This document shows, one piece after another, positions 45,701-55,092 of a DNA stretch of 64,000 nucleotides. A program made the translations under genes and the position numbers. The notes under the pieces are model-generated. The model made no database searches. It was not told the DNA's origin and worked only from the letters and a program-made list of their open reading frames with translations. The DNA is from an uncultured virus (IMG/VR IMGVR_UViG_3300011867_000002). Its lineage: Duplodnaviria > Heunggongvirae > Uroviricota > Caudoviricetes. The stretch spans positions 1 through 64,000 of IMG/VR virus record IMGVR_UViG_3300011867_000002, one strand, 5' to 3'. Every line of letters begins with the position of its first letter. Position 1 is the first letter of the stretch.

Positions 45701-45909
45701 ATCAAGCAATAGTGAGTGAAGTCAGACTCGGCCGTCTCAAAATTGTAGTTCCAACCCAGGCCATTGTACATCGGCAAGTTGTCGTGCACCTCCGCGATCA
45801 CCATCTGATCGTTGGTCACGAGCTTCTGGGTTTTGAGCCAGGGCAAGAAATCGCCAAAATTGGCGAAATCTTTTCCAGCACCAATACTCTTTTTAACAAT
45901 TGTTGGCAT
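42721..45909 (-). CDS. Large tail-fibre/receptor-binding-like protein with duplicated beta-helix and Ig-like modules
   Basis: Two copies of IG.G...(R/K)PAPGLG...DNIF.GCGP.P...PD(V/I)G.(F/W)Q; repeated GNY.(S/A)P..N units. Confidence 0.7.
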   Translation of the reverse strand: MPTIVKKSIGAGKDFANFGDFLPWLKTQKLVTNDQMVIAEVHDNLPMYNGLGWNYNFETAESDFTHYCLIRPAPGLGINDITPDGTPQHYAGGGITLSVTIPATSNWMGTFRHGVVLEGFRIFVTGGVDDDVTVRSAFMLAGNPANRPSQIRQCRFLSEAVGSKCRVFTSGEYTYAGTVADCIFIHTAGKALSIALNYKAVVERNVFLRTGTAAGNPATTGIDLSLKDNIFLGCGPTPALGLPASANAKIANNYTDTAMTTPYPSGFTVMTTEQLARDVATDLRLPAGSSLIGKGSPAAVNTFGMFGKYRGQVPDVGPFQVTAQPLPAPPTGTITGTTIVNQTVTVTGTVEGDPFGGSVTLVKTDGTVVASKAAVMKTATTWEAVFANIDGGNYKSPQAIFSNYGGDGAAATGGAPFFIETPVIPTAVIQKQYVVGDTVTFFGTVENVPLSAKISAAVSGTPDGAVEIANATTVYFDTVTKKFVAYLYGVTPGNYLAPDILFTNNAGTSARATGGAAFTVVKTPTPVESGVNVQMIGKGQTHANIKAFQTWMSARTNVPAGEVIHAYVTNYIHASDLSSLSLAPNGTALVVIKPAPGLGMLDRHAGEALNWYDDGMEIMLKPGNSFTVKNGITFQGFRIKAMDVGSTATGTTCCYMTANNSSQAQFFPGPFKGNFFLNELSDEANYIFSNGEYNASSYVTDNLFVQEKGKAKFFLVNSAYVVRNTFVRRGGALGTLAGRHGASYDSGEISDNIFIGCGPAPVTVDSTKLKMRANLTDTALTTQWAGWTVSTEAAIVQTAGSNYKPKAGGPAIGKASDSAISTDDMTGRNRGPAPDIGAWQLNSYVPVPKGQITGQTLDGTKLRLSGTYSEAPLSGFASVAIGTNPGKASALPEKALIINEDGTWYVEWTQLTPGNYAAPVVYMTNAGGKSANFLGGVVFSVVTIAGNPRAADLDSTAPVGIPPEIKLTSSKVSGNKATISGTVDLKNDPTGKVEVFIDPLPSGPTVGPVQIPTDNGVWNYIAAVSTVRATIRVMATAYGIPVLTSFDVTLVKATGNMAMPSK

Positions 45910-45925
45910 TATGCTTCCTTAATGT

Positions 45926-48900
45926 TTAAGCAACCCAAGGTGCACGCGGACGACCCATCCCAGGGAAGAGGAACGACCAGTCGCGCACGGATTTGTCCCA
46001 CGGCCTGGTGACACTATTTACAGCTGCGGTGTACAGATCGTACCAGCCTTGATATTTCGCAACAGCTTCATCCAGCATTGGGTGCGGGAATTCTGGGAAG
46101 TAGTCTTTGCGCATGAACGTCCAGCTGGCGCGGTTGTGTTGGCCAGCGTCTTTCTCCTTGGACAAGGAACCATCCGGGTCGCGCGCCCAGTCTTCTTGAC
46201 CTTTGGCTGGATAGAACTCTGCCCACTCTGCCCAGTCACGTGGCACGATGACCAGATCAGGGTTGGCCGACAAGTCGATCTTATTGCCATTTTCATCGAC
46301 CATCGGGGTCGGCTTGGTGGTCTTTGGATAACCGCCTTCTGCGCGACCATTCGCCATCACTGCGAATTCGATGGAGTACTTGTCGAACATACTCATGGTA
46401 AATTCGAGCGTTTCCTTGCACTTTTGGTTCTTGTTGTACATGGCGTCCCACGCACCCGTGGTTTTCATCATCATGTAAACGACCGACATGTAATACGCCA
46501 GCGCGCCCGAGTTCACTGCCGTCGCTTGGAAACCAGGCATACCTTTGATTTCGCTATACGACTCGCTCGTTGGTTGACCAAGCGCGCGCATTTGACGCGA
46601 GTTCGGGCTATTGTAATCCGGATGATTCGGATCAGTTGCAGGCACTACGTAGACACGGTGAATGTTCTCCATGTCCATACGCCAGCGGTCTTCAATCATC
46701 GCACGGCTGATACCGAGGTTGCTGGTGGTACCCAGTTTCCAAGCTTGCAGCCAAGCGAGCCAACGCCATGCACCGTTACGTTCCAGGTAACCAGCAGTCG
46801 ATTTCGTGCTGGCACCGAGCAACTGGGCCATCATGGTGGCGATGAAGCGGTGCTTGCTGGCAACCACGTACATCGGGCTATTCAGCAACACCGCATGCCA
46901 ACCCGGCGAAGCGTAAGCGTGCAACATATCCACCGCCCAGGCATTCCAGACCGGATAACCTTCAAAGTCAACTTCCGGGTCGTTGCCTTTATTCGGGACA
47001 GCCAGCAGCACCGCGTGGGTCGACGTCCCGCCCGAGATGTAGTCACGCGAGCTACCGTAGTAGTTGTCGCCATACACCGTGCCACCGTACACCGTTTTCG
47101 CATCTGGCTGCGCTTCGAAGGTGAGCATGTCCTGCATGTAGTGGCAGGAATGGTTGAAGTACGCTTTGCCCCACGCGTCGATGTTGTCTTGCAGGGACGA
47201 ACCGTCGCGCAAACGCGTGCCGGTTGGGTTTTGCATGTACAAAGCAAGTGGCCCGGAAATTGCTTGTCGGTCCCAACGCACACCGCCTGGACCCGTGTAC
47301 CAGTCGTGGCCGCTGATCGAGCCTGGCTCGTAGTCCCATCCGTTGACCCGCGCCCAGCTGTTGTAGATATGGGTGTCGTAGGTGTACGGATCGTTATTCG
47401 GGTCGTTCAGGTCGCTCGCCGGACTGATGTCCTTCGACATATTCCGGCGCGGCATCCCGTAGTAGTGGTTGTACGAGTTCATCTGCTCGCCGCCATTGAT
47501 AATCGGGAAGACACCGTTCGTACTGTGACCCAGTTGAACCATCGATGGACGGATGTAGCTGTCGACCATCTTTGGCCAGAACTTGTAGGCTTTCGCATTC
47601 ATCTTCGGACGGTGCGATTCCCACGGCAGCATCATGCCGCAGTTCCACACAAGGCGCATCGGCTGGGTGGCCGTCCGCTTTTGGCTCAGGTATTTGCTGT
47701 TGATCGGCAAGCCGTCATGCATCTGGTAGGTATGCAGGATTTGGCCGTCGACCGTTTTGAGAACGATCTTGAATGGCAGCGGTACCGTGCTGTCCACACC
47801 CTTCGTCTGGTCATAAGTCAGGCGAACGTCGAAACTGAAGGTATCGCCTACAGCGTAGTCCGAAGCTTCCAGCGTGAAGCTATACGCAACGGTATCCGGC
47901 GCCAGCGAACGGTAGTTGTAACCACTGAAGTAGTCTGGCATCGCGCCAAAATTGTCACTGACCACCGTCCAGCGGTGCGTGCCGGCTCTTTTGGACGAAT
48001 CGGCCAGACCCACACACGTAAACGTGAGTTTTTCCGATCGCGCCAATGGTTGGTAAACCTTCGGGAAGAGGAACAGACCCCCCGCTGCGCTGACTTTCTT
48101 GTAGCCGAAGATGTCGAAACGGTTGTACGTATCGTGCATCGGGTAGGTCGGCCAACGGCCATACGGCTTACAGGACACCAGGAACTGGTGCACTGGCTTG
48201 GTTGGGTCAATCGCGTTGCACGACTTGTTCATCGACAGCAGCATACCGCTAAATTCGAAGGCGCGGTGGCCCGTACCGAAGACGATGGTTTCGGAGCAGG
48301 TGGTCACGCGCACGTCACCCATGGAGGCCGCAATTTCAGCGTCTTCCATGATGAGGTCGTCTTGACGAACGCTGACGGCGACCGTCTTGACCACCACTGG
48401 AGCGTCTTCGTTTTCGTAGCTGTGGAGTTCCATGAACGCCACGCGCGTTGGGTCGAGGTCCGGGGCTTCTGGACCCGTACCCGACGGCAGCAGACGTGGT
48501 GCACGCATACCCGCGCCCAGCATGTAGCCGCAGCGGTTGCTCGGCGCCAGGGACATGGTGAAGTCGACGTTGTTGGTCGGGTCGGTGTCGAGGTTGACAC
48601 TTTCCAGGCCGAGCGTGCCTTCGACCCATTGGCCGTTGCCTTCGATGCGCATGACACACAGACCCGTGGTCAGGTCAGCACCATTTTGGATGGTCGCGCC
48701 GGAGACTTCGCCCAGGCTGGTGATGTTGCCACCCTGCATGACGATGGTGCCGGTGTTACCGATGTTGAGGAATTCGACACCCGTCGTGGCTGGGTCCGTG
48801 GCACCGGGGTTGCCGTCACGGAAGCAGCGCACCCGACGGGTAGCGCCCAGGGCTTCGTTGAGCTTTTGGCTCCACTCCACCTTGGTCTTGGTTTGATTCA

Positions 48901-48934
48901 GAATTGCCTTGAGGGCAGGACTATATTTCAGCAT
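45926..48934 (-). CDS. Large putative virion/tail-associated protein
   Basis: 1002 aa; N-terminal module related to neighbours; aromatic-rich C-terminal domain. Confidence 0.7.
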   Translation of the reverse strand: MLKYSPALKAILNQTKTKVEWSQKLNEALGATRRVRCFRDGNPGATDPATTGVEFLNIGNTGTIVMQGGNITSLGEVSGATIQNGADLTTGLCVMRIEGNGQWVEGTLGLESVNLDTDPTNNVDFTMSLAPSNRCGYMLGAGMRAPRLLPSGTGPEAPDLDPTRVAFMELHSYENEDAPVVVKTVAVSVRQDDLIMEDAEIAASMGDVRVTTCSETIVFGTGHRAFEFSGMLLSMNKSCNAIDPTKPVHQFLVSCKPYGRWPTYPMHDTYNRFDIFGYKKVSAAGGLFLFPKVYQPLARSEKLTFTCVGLADSSKRAGTHRWTVVSDNFGAMPDYFSGYNYRSLAPDTVAYSFTLEASDYAVGDTFSFDVRLTYDQTKGVDSTVPLPFKIVLKTVDGQILHTYQMHDGLPINSKYLSQKRTATQPMRLVWNCGMMLPWESHRPKMNAKAYKFWPKMVDSYIRPSMVQLGHSTNGVFPIINGGEQMNSYNHYYGMPRRNMSKDISPASDLNDPNNDPYTYDTHIYNSWARVNGWDYEPGSISGHDWYTGPGGVRWDRQAISGPLALYMQNPTGTRLRDGSSLQDNIDAWGKAYFNHSCHYMQDMLTFEAQPDAKTVYGGTVYGDNYYGSSRDYISGGTSTHAVLLAVPNKGNDPEVDFEGYPVWNAWAVDMLHAYASPGWHAVLLNSPMYVVASKHRFIATMMAQLLGASTKSTAGYLERNGAWRWLAWLQAWKLGTTSNLGISRAMIEDRWRMDMENIHRVYVVPATDPNHPDYNSPNSRQMRALGQPTSESYSEIKGMPGFQATAVNSGALAYYMSVVYMMMKTTGAWDAMYNKNQKCKETLEFTMSMFDKYSIEFAVMANGRAEGGYPKTTKPTPMVDENGNKIDLSANPDLVIVPRDWAEWAEFYPAKGQEDWARDPDGSLSKEKDAGQHNRASWTFMRKDYFPEFPHPMLDEAVAKYQGWYDLYTAAVNSVTRPWDKSVRDWSFLFPGMGRPRAPWVA

Positions 48935-49004
48935 GCTTTTTCCTAGTGTAAATGAAGAAGGGGGTCAGCGCCGCGACGCCCCTTCTTGGATCAATAAAAC
49001 ACTG

Positions 49005-49793
49005 TTACAGGCCGTCGATGGAACGGGGGAACGTAAACTTGAATTCACCCTTGAAGCCGAAGCCTTCGGTTGGCGTCGTTTCCAGAATGATGTGTTTACC
49101 CGAATTGATAGGACCGACCGTACCGGTGATTTCGCGCGCCAGTCCAGCACCGCCTTGCAGGATGAAGGTCCATTTGCCGGAGAGCAAGTCGCCAGCTTGG
49201 ATGACCGTGGACTGTTTGACAGCCGGTGCGACCAGCGACACGTCGCCGTTGACGTCGGTAACAACCGTGAGCGCTGCGTCAAAGACGACGTACATGATCT
49301 CACGACCATTGCGCAGGATGCGCAGTACAGGATTAGTACCGAACAGGCTACTGATCGAGTTGGCCGCGGTCACGCGGCGCTGACCCACTGCACCTGCTTT
49401 CAGGTACGTCGGGTAGTCACGACGCAGAGTAGGGTCGAACATGATGCTGTTACTGGCAGCGCTACTTGCTTCGCTGCCACGGAACTCTGGCATCACGGAG
49501 CGCCCCACGCCGCGCGACAGTTTTCGTGGTGTGGTAACGATGTAACCCGGTTCGGAGCCGTCATCCGGGGTTGCCACGATGCGGAACGACCAGGTGCCCG
49601 GCGCAACGTTACTGGTGAAGGTGAAGGTGTTGTTCTGGATCGAGGTGATCGGGAACGGTCCCAACACTTCGCCGGATTCACCGAGCATGTAGTACGCCAA
49701 CTTGAGCGACGTGAGAAACACGAAGCTACCATTGACAGTGACACGCCGGCCGCGGTACGCGACACTGGCGATAGTGATGATTGGAGCTGCCAT
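49005..49793 (-). CDS. Putative tail-fibre-associated protein
   Basis: C-terminal domain homologous to the C-terminus of 49803-52433 (both end PRSID.L). Confidence 0.7.
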   Translation of the reverse strand: MAAPIITIASVAYRGRRVTVNGSFVFLTSLKLAYYMLGESGEVLGPFPITSIQNNTFTFTSNVAPGTWSFRIVATPDDGSEPGYIVTTPRKLSRGVGRSVMPEFRGSEASSAASNSIMFDPTLRRDYPTYLKAGAVGQRRVTAANSISSLFGTNPVLRILRNGREIMYVVFDAALTVVTDVNGDVSLVAPAVKQSTVIQAGDLLSGKWTFILQGGAGLAREITGTVGPINSGKHIILETTPTEGFGFKGEFKFTFPRSIDGL

Positions 49794-49802
49794 GATTTTC
49801 CC

Positions 49803-52433
49803 TTAAACGAGTGCGTCGATGGAACGCGGCAGGATGAGTTGGAGGTCGACGTCGAGATCGCGCGATGGATCGATGTCTTCTTCGAAGATGATTTCAGCAG
49901 TCGAACCCGGACCACCGACCGTGCCGACGATGACGGTCTTGTTACCAGCGCCGCCACCCAGGATTTCATACCACCATTCGCCGTTAGCCAACACGCCTGG
50001 CGCATTCACCGTGGCATTCTGTACCGTCACCGGCATGTTCACTGCCACGTCGTAACCGTTGTCGATCACGTAGGCTTTGTCGCTGTAGATTTGCTCAGCA
50101 ACGACAGAACCATCGCGGTAGATGCGCAGCGTTGGGAAGTCCGTCGCGGTTGGCGACAGCGCATTGACGATCACGTTGGCACACGCCAGACGCTTGGCGC
50201 CGGCTGGGGTGTTGGTGATGGCGGTATCGTACTCGTCTTGCAGTTCTTGGTTGAAACGGGTGGATGGCTTGATGTGCGGTGGCGTGATATTCACCAGCAC
50301 CGTGACCGATGCACTCGTTTTCTTGTTGCCGGCAGCGTCATACGCAACCGCCGTATAGACGTGGGTACCGTTGTCTTCCCAGGTGTACTGGACACTGGCA
50401 GCGAACGGCGCCATGGTATCGGTTGAGAGCAGCACATCGTCCTCGTAGAACTCGACCTTGGCCACCACATCGTTGTCCGTGGCGTCAGCGGTCAACGCCA
50501 AGATACCAGGCCCGGTGAACTCGGACTGACTATGCACCAGCGTGACGTTCGGCGGCGTGCGATCTGGTGGTTTGGTGCCACCTGCGCTATTGCTTGGCAG
50601 GGGTGGTACTGGCGGTGGGTCCGGGAACACTGGGTAAGGCGGCATCGGCTCGATTTCCATCGGAATCGGCAGTTCCTCGAACGGGGTCGTGGGGATGCTC
50701 AGTGGATTGGTGGTCTTATTAGCCGCCATCACGCCATTCCAAAGTTTCTCTGGTGCGCCCACCGGGCCACGTGGTCCGAGTGGGCCACCGGTCGTGGTAA
50801 TGGTGTACGGGCCGAACATGACGTCCACCAGTGCACCACTACGGTCTACACCGGCGCCGCCGAAGAGGCAGTCGATGAAGTGCACCGGCACGGTGTTTTC
50901 ACCGGATTGCTTGCGGTTTTCCAAGAACGTCACGTTACGACCAGGCGTAATGTCGTTGTGGAAATAGCAGTTGTAGAAGAAGTACTCTTGCTGTCGACCG
51001 GCGCCTGCCAGCAATTCCCAACCGATGGCGATCAGGTTGTTGTTGGCCGCCGAGGATTCTTTCCAGAACACCGAATCGTACACGTGCAGCACACCCTGGT
51101 CAGGCAAGTCGATCTCGCGGGACTGGAGCGAACGACGGGTGTAGGTATTACGGATCACCGTCTTGAGTGCACGCGACTTGATGTTGTGGCCGGTGTGCGA
51201 TTCCATGAACGTCGAATTCGAAATACGGCACAACTGCGCATCGCCGATGTACGAGTTGTGGGTCTGTCCATTGTAGCCTGGTTTCGTCGACCAACCATTG
51301 TCGTGGATGTAACAATTGTTAATGTCGAAAATCGGGTTCTTGGACACTGCGCTACGGATACCGTTTTCGTTATCGTAGATTTCGCAGTTTTCAAGGCGCA
51401 CATAATCCGCACCAGGGTTGACCAGCACACCGGTGCCGTTACCTGCCTGGTCGGCCGCGACAGCGCCACTGATACGCAGACCGTCGATCACGGTGACAGC
51501 ACCACCTTCGATGTTCATGACCGCCTTACCGAACGCTGGGCGGTCAGTGCGTTCCAGGCGCAGCAGAGGACGTTCGCCTTTGCTATTTTTCCGACCGAGG
51601 ATACGCAAGCGTTTCTTTGGCGTGGTTTGGTAACCCACCGAGGCGATACACTCGGTGCGCCAGCCGCTACGCAGCACTTGCAGCGTGTGGCTATCGGTTT
51701 CTGACTTCTGGGCATCGTTGACACCCGTTTGCATGGTGTAGGCGAAGGCCACGCCATAAGCGATTGGACGCACCACCGAGTAGTTCTTGCGCAGGTCGCA
51801 CTGGAGAACGTAGTCACCCGTCATGTAGCAGTCGAGCGTGTCTTCCGACTGCGGTTCGAGCGACAGTTTCGGGTAGTCTGCTGCTGGGAAGCCATATGCG
51901 CCGTCGTACGCCATGGTGCGACCACCGGTCTGGTCTTGCTCGATGACGATGATGAGGCGATCGCCCGGTTGCATGTTGGTTGGGTTACCCAACTTGGCGT
52001 TGGTTGACAGCTTGCCCCGGTAGTGGCGACCGTTGGCATAGTTGACTGGCGTCAACTCAGGTGCGGTCAGGAAGGTAATCGGATATTCGGTGTCGTCTCC
52101 GCCGCCACCATCACCACCACCGCCACCGGTAGTGGCGGCGCCGCTGACCATGTTGGTTGCCGTGACCAGCCACAACATGCGTTCGGCGTCGAACATCAGG
52201 TCAACGAACATATTCGGCTGACCACCGAAGTACAGGCCGCTAACTGGCACGCCTTTGTCGTTGACGAAATTGAAGACGGTCGAGTTGAGGGTAAACCACT
52301 CGCTCGTCGTGGTGAAGAAGCGGATGCTGAAATCCTTGCCTACCGCTTCATTAAAGCTGACCGACATGTCGCCATGCAATTCGATGCTTGCTTGGTTGTG
52401 ACTCGGCAGCACGTGAAAAACGTTTTGTGCCAT
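49803..52433 (-). CDS. Tailspike-like protein: parallel beta-helix plus Ig-like domain
   Basis: RLENCEIYDNENGI, GQTHNSYIG, GHNIKSRA, EIDLP beta-helix; ADATDNDVVAKVEFY...AVAYDAAGN Ig-like domain. Confidence 0.75.
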   Translation of the reverse strand: MAQNVFHVLPSHNQASIELHGDMSVSFNEAVGKDFSIRFFTTTSEWFTLNSTVFNFVNDKGVPVSGLYFGGQPNMFVDLMFDAERMLWLVTATNMVSGAATTGGGGGDGGGGDDTEYPITFLTAPELTPVNYANGRHYRGKLSTNAKLGNPTNMQPGDRLIIVIEQDQTGGRTMAYDGAYGFPAADYPKLSLEPQSEDTLDCYMTGDYVLQCDLRKNYSVVRPIAYGVAFAYTMQTGVNDAQKSETDSHTLQVLRSGWRTECIASVGYQTTPKKRLRILGRKNSKGERPLLRLERTDRPAFGKAVMNIEGGAVTVIDGLRISGAVAADQAGNGTGVLVNPGADYVRLENCEIYDNENGIRSAVSKNPIFDINNCYIHDNGWSTKPGYNGQTHNSYIGDAQLCRISNSTFMESHTGHNIKSRALKTVIRNTYTRRSLQSREIDLPDQGVLHVYDSVFWKESSAANNNLIAIGWELLAGAGRQQEYFFYNCYFHNDITPGRNVTFLENRKQSGENTVPVHFIDCLFGGAGVDRSGALVDVMFGPYTITTTGGPLGPRGPVGAPEKLWNGVMAANKTTNPLSIPTTPFEELPIPMEIEPMPPYPVFPDPPPVPPLPSNSAGGTKPPDRTPPNVTLVHSQSEFTGPGILALTADATDNDVVAKVEFYEDDVLLSTDTMAPFAASVQYTWEDNGTHVYTAVAYDAAGNKKTSASVTVLVNITPPHIKPSTRFNQELQDEYDTAITNTPAGAKRLACANVIVNALSPTATDFPTLRIYRDGSVVAEQIYSDKAYVIDNGYDVAVNMPVTVQNATVNAPGVLANGEWWYEILGGGAGNKTVIVGTVGGPGSTAEIIFEEDIDPSRDLDVDLQLILPRSIDALV

Positions 52434-52499
52434 GGAAAATACTCCAGTGAGGTAAGCAGAGAACACCGCGCGACCTGCGCGGTGCTTGTGCCGAAATGG

Positions 52500-53000
52500 T
52501 TAGGCCGCTTGCAGGGAACCGGTTTGTGCCACCATGTTGAGCGTGGCCTTGTATTGGTCGGCCATGGCCTTGACGATCGCGTACAGCGAACCAGGGTCAA
52601 AGCGTTCTGGCGTCTTGATACCGAGGGCGGCAGCGACTGCTTCCGAACAGAACCAGCGGCGACGGTTGCCACCGATGATGCTGACGACGAAGTGGGCATT
52701 ACCCCAGTAGTCGTAGCCTTCGTGTTCGTGGATAGCGAACCAGTTGTAAGCCGCCTGTGCGTACAGGGCCGCCGGCAGTTCGATGATGTCCCAGTTTGCC
52801 GGATCGAATTCGATGGTTTTGAAACGCACACCACCATCTTCGGCCGAAGAAGACGCCGCTTCGCCGTCAGGAAAGATGAGTTCCACGTGGGAATACGGTG
52901 AGCGCGTCCACTTCCGGACACCGATGTTGTAAATGCCCTTTATGCCGGGACGGGTCCCTTTGTAAAACGCGACCTTGATGACTTCGTCTTTCAGTTGCAT
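52500..53000 (-). CDS. Permuted papain-like (NlpC/P60, YiiX-type) peptidase-like protein
   Basis: YSHVEL...GYDYWG...WFCSEAV (His before Cys). Confidence 0.7.
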   Translation of the reverse strand: MQLKDEVIKVAFYKGTRPGIKGIYNIGVRKWTRSPYSHVELIFPDGEAASSSAEDGGVRFKTIEFDPANWDIIELPAALYAQAAYNWFAIHEHEGYDYWGNAHFVVSIIGGNRRRWFCSEAVAAALGIKTPERFDPGSLYAIVKAMADQYKATLNMVAQTGSLQAA

Positions 53001-53042
53001 GATGTTTTCCCTAATAATGGTGGTGTGCGTAGCACGTAGTCG

Positions 53043-53975
53043 TTACAGCGTCCCTTTCGCAAGGGCCTCGTCGAAGGTCAGTGGCCAGCCCGTTTTGTAG
53101 TCGTAGTTAGCCGGATCATCGGACGCCAACATGGCTTCCCGATGTGCTTCAGCGATGTCAAACAAGGTGCTTTCTGCCATTATTCCGGTGTCGAGCATCT
53201 TGTAGAACATGTTGGGCGTCAGTTCGAGGAACTCCTTCGACATGGTTTTCCAGTTTCTGAAGACCGTGTCGCCGCCGATGTTGTTGCGCTTGATGTAGTC
53301 GCTGAACAACGAATACTGGCTGCGGGCCGGTTCGTCGGTCCAGAACCAGTACGGCTTGTCGTCGTAGATTACCCGTACGCCGCCAGCTTTACGCGTCTCA
53401 CGTTCTTCGTGAATGCGCAGCCACATGTCGATCTTGATTTGCTCGATCGTCAGCGGCGCTGGCTGTTCGAGGATCATCTTGACGAAGTTGACGTCAACCC
53501 GGTCGATCTTGTCGAGATTGACCGCATCGCGGATGAAGTTCAGTTCTCGCGGGATCGACGGCCAACGCAGGTTGAAAACGTCGGTGTTAGTGATGTTACG
53601 CAGTGCCGTGCGGAACTCGGTGATGTTGCGACGGGCCACGACATCGAGACTTGGCCAGCGGTCGTTGCCCACTACCATGTCGGTAGCAAGGAGCACAGGC
53701 GCACGCATCGCACGCACCCATTCCTTGGCAACTTCGTAGGCTTCCATCATGGCGTTGTCGATCGAGTCCGCCTGGTAGCCTGCGCTTCGTGCTGCTGTTT
53801 CCGTCAGAATCTGGAACTGGACCGCGGATGGGCCAGCTTCGTAAATCGTGGCCAACTCGTCGTCGCTCTTTTCCCACATGTTGGGGATGTCGCGCCATTC
53901 GTTGGGGAGTTGGAGGCAAGCGATCGCCACCATCTCTTCACGGTTACAAACAAAATACCATTGGTCTTTGCGCAT
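53043..53975 (-). CDS. Tail fibre assembly chaperone-like protein (DUF4376-like C-terminus)
   Basis: FRTALRNIT..WP..P; WFWTD..ARSQY, WKTM, AEAHR, YDYKTGWP. Confidence 0.7.
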   Translation of the reverse strand: MRKDQWYFVCNREEMVAIACLQLPNEWRDIPNMWEKSDDELATIYEAGPSAVQFQILTETAARSAGYQADSIDNAMMEAYEVAKEWVRAMRAPVLLATDMVVGNDRWPSLDVVARRNITEFRTALRNITNTDVFNLRWPSIPRELNFIRDAVNLDKIDRVDVNFVKMILEQPAPLTIEQIKIDMWLRIHEERETRKAGGVRVIYDDKPYWFWTDEPARSQYSLFSDYIKRNNIGGDTVFRNWKTMSKEFLELTPNMFYKMLDTGIMAESTLFDIAEAHREAMLASDDPANYDYKTGWPLTFDEALAKGTL

Positions 53976-53977
53976 CT

Positions 53978-54442
53978 TTATTCCTCCCACGGGAATTTGG
54001 TAATGAGGAACGGACGGGTGCCGCTCGGGGTGGCGTCACTGGTGGCGCCAGGAGCACCGGACATGGCGATTTGCCAGTTGGCTGCGCTACCGGCGCCTTT
54101 GACGTAATCCACGGCCACGACAAGGGTGTCATTGGCGTAAGCGGCCACGGTGCCGGCCATAGTGATGTCGCCACTGCCGATGGTTACGAATTGGCCGCGC
54201 TGGAACGACTTGCCGGTTTGGATGACAAAGGACTTCGCACCTTTTCCCGCAACGACGTTACTGTTACTGGTGGCGGTCGTGGCAGCCAGTACGGCGGCCG
54301 TCATGCCTTTGTTAATACCCGCCAAGGTCTTGACAGGACCCTTAGCGGTTTCGATGGTATCGTTCTCGCCACCGTTCAGCCATTTATTGGCCATCGAACC
54401 GGTGTCGATAATTTGTTGGATGCTGTTTGCGACTTCCGACAT
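53978..54442 (-). CDS. Short tail-fibre-like protein
   Basis: ETAKGPVKTLAG N-terminus; GKSFQRGQ..W.I..SG module. Confidence 0.6.
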   Translation of the reverse strand: MSEVANSIQQIIDTGSMANKWLNGGENDTIETAKGPVKTLAGINKGMTAAVLAATTATSNSNVVAGKGAKSFVIQTGKSFQRGQFVTIGSGDITMAGTVAAYANDTLVVAVDYVKGAGSAANWQIAMSGAPGATSDATPSGTRPFLITKFPWEE

Positions 54443-54459
54443 GGTAACCTCTTTTTGAG

Positions 54460-54972
54460 TTAGGGCAAATAGCCCGGTGTCGGTGCCGTTTCGGTAAAGA
54501 ACCGATACAGCGCCGAGACATCAGGAAGGTTGTAGGCGAGCGTCAGGGTGGTTTCGCCAATCCAACCCAGGGAACTGGATTCTGCTTTCAACTTCACGGT
54601 CACTGCATCGCCGTTCAGTGCAAAAGGGGGTAGGCTGAAATCCACCAAGTCGGACTCGGTGAGGATTGCTTTTTGACGGTCTGGTGCGGTATTCAGATTG
54701 CTCAGTGTTGACAGAATACCCGCCACCGTGAAGAACTTGTCAGATGACAGAGCAAGTGGCCCCATCTCTTTCAAGTCGATCCGTCGGTAATAAAAATCAA
54801 TTTGACTCGAATACCCTTGTCCCGGTTTAGCCGCGACAACGATTTTGGTATTCCAAGAACTACTTCCCTCGTGGGGAGTAGGCGGTAAGAGCGCCACGTT
54901 ATCCAGCGTGAAAGGTACTGGTGGTGTATTTAACGCGTTGATTGCCGCCAGCAGTTTATCATGATTGATCAT
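54460..54972 (-). CDS. phiKZ-like virion structural protein (paralog of 39856-40470)
   Basis: NTKIVV...YSSQIDFYYRRIDL...SLGWIG. Confidence 0.7.
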   Translation of the reverse strand: MINHDKLLAAINALNTPPVPFTLDNVALLPPTPHEGSSSWNTKIVVAAKPGQGYSSQIDFYYRRIDLKEMGPLALSSDKFFTVAGILSTLSNLNTAPDRQKAILTESDLVDFSLPPFALNGDAVTVKLKAESSSLGWIGETTLTLAYNLPDVSALYRFFTETAPTPGYLP

Positions 54973-55054
54973 CTCAATCTTCCTTTCAGTGTTAAGAACA
55001 AGGAACGGCTTAGGCATAGAATATAATTTTACTTATGACCAAAGACCATGCGGC

Positions 55055-55092
55055 AAAAGAGAGAGTGCGGATGCACTCTCTCTTTTTATGCC
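55055..55092. terminator. Bidirectional intrinsic terminator
   Basis: AAAAGAGAGAGTGC/GCACTCTCTCTTTT, then TATGCC. Confidence 0.75.

Noticed and set aside
46049..48946. Long plus-strand ORFs (also 3624-5264, 31475-32764, 48909-50426, 60077-61582, 61137-62954)
   Set aside because: They are antisense shadows of codon-biased minus-strand genes, with implausible composition and no recognisable motifs.
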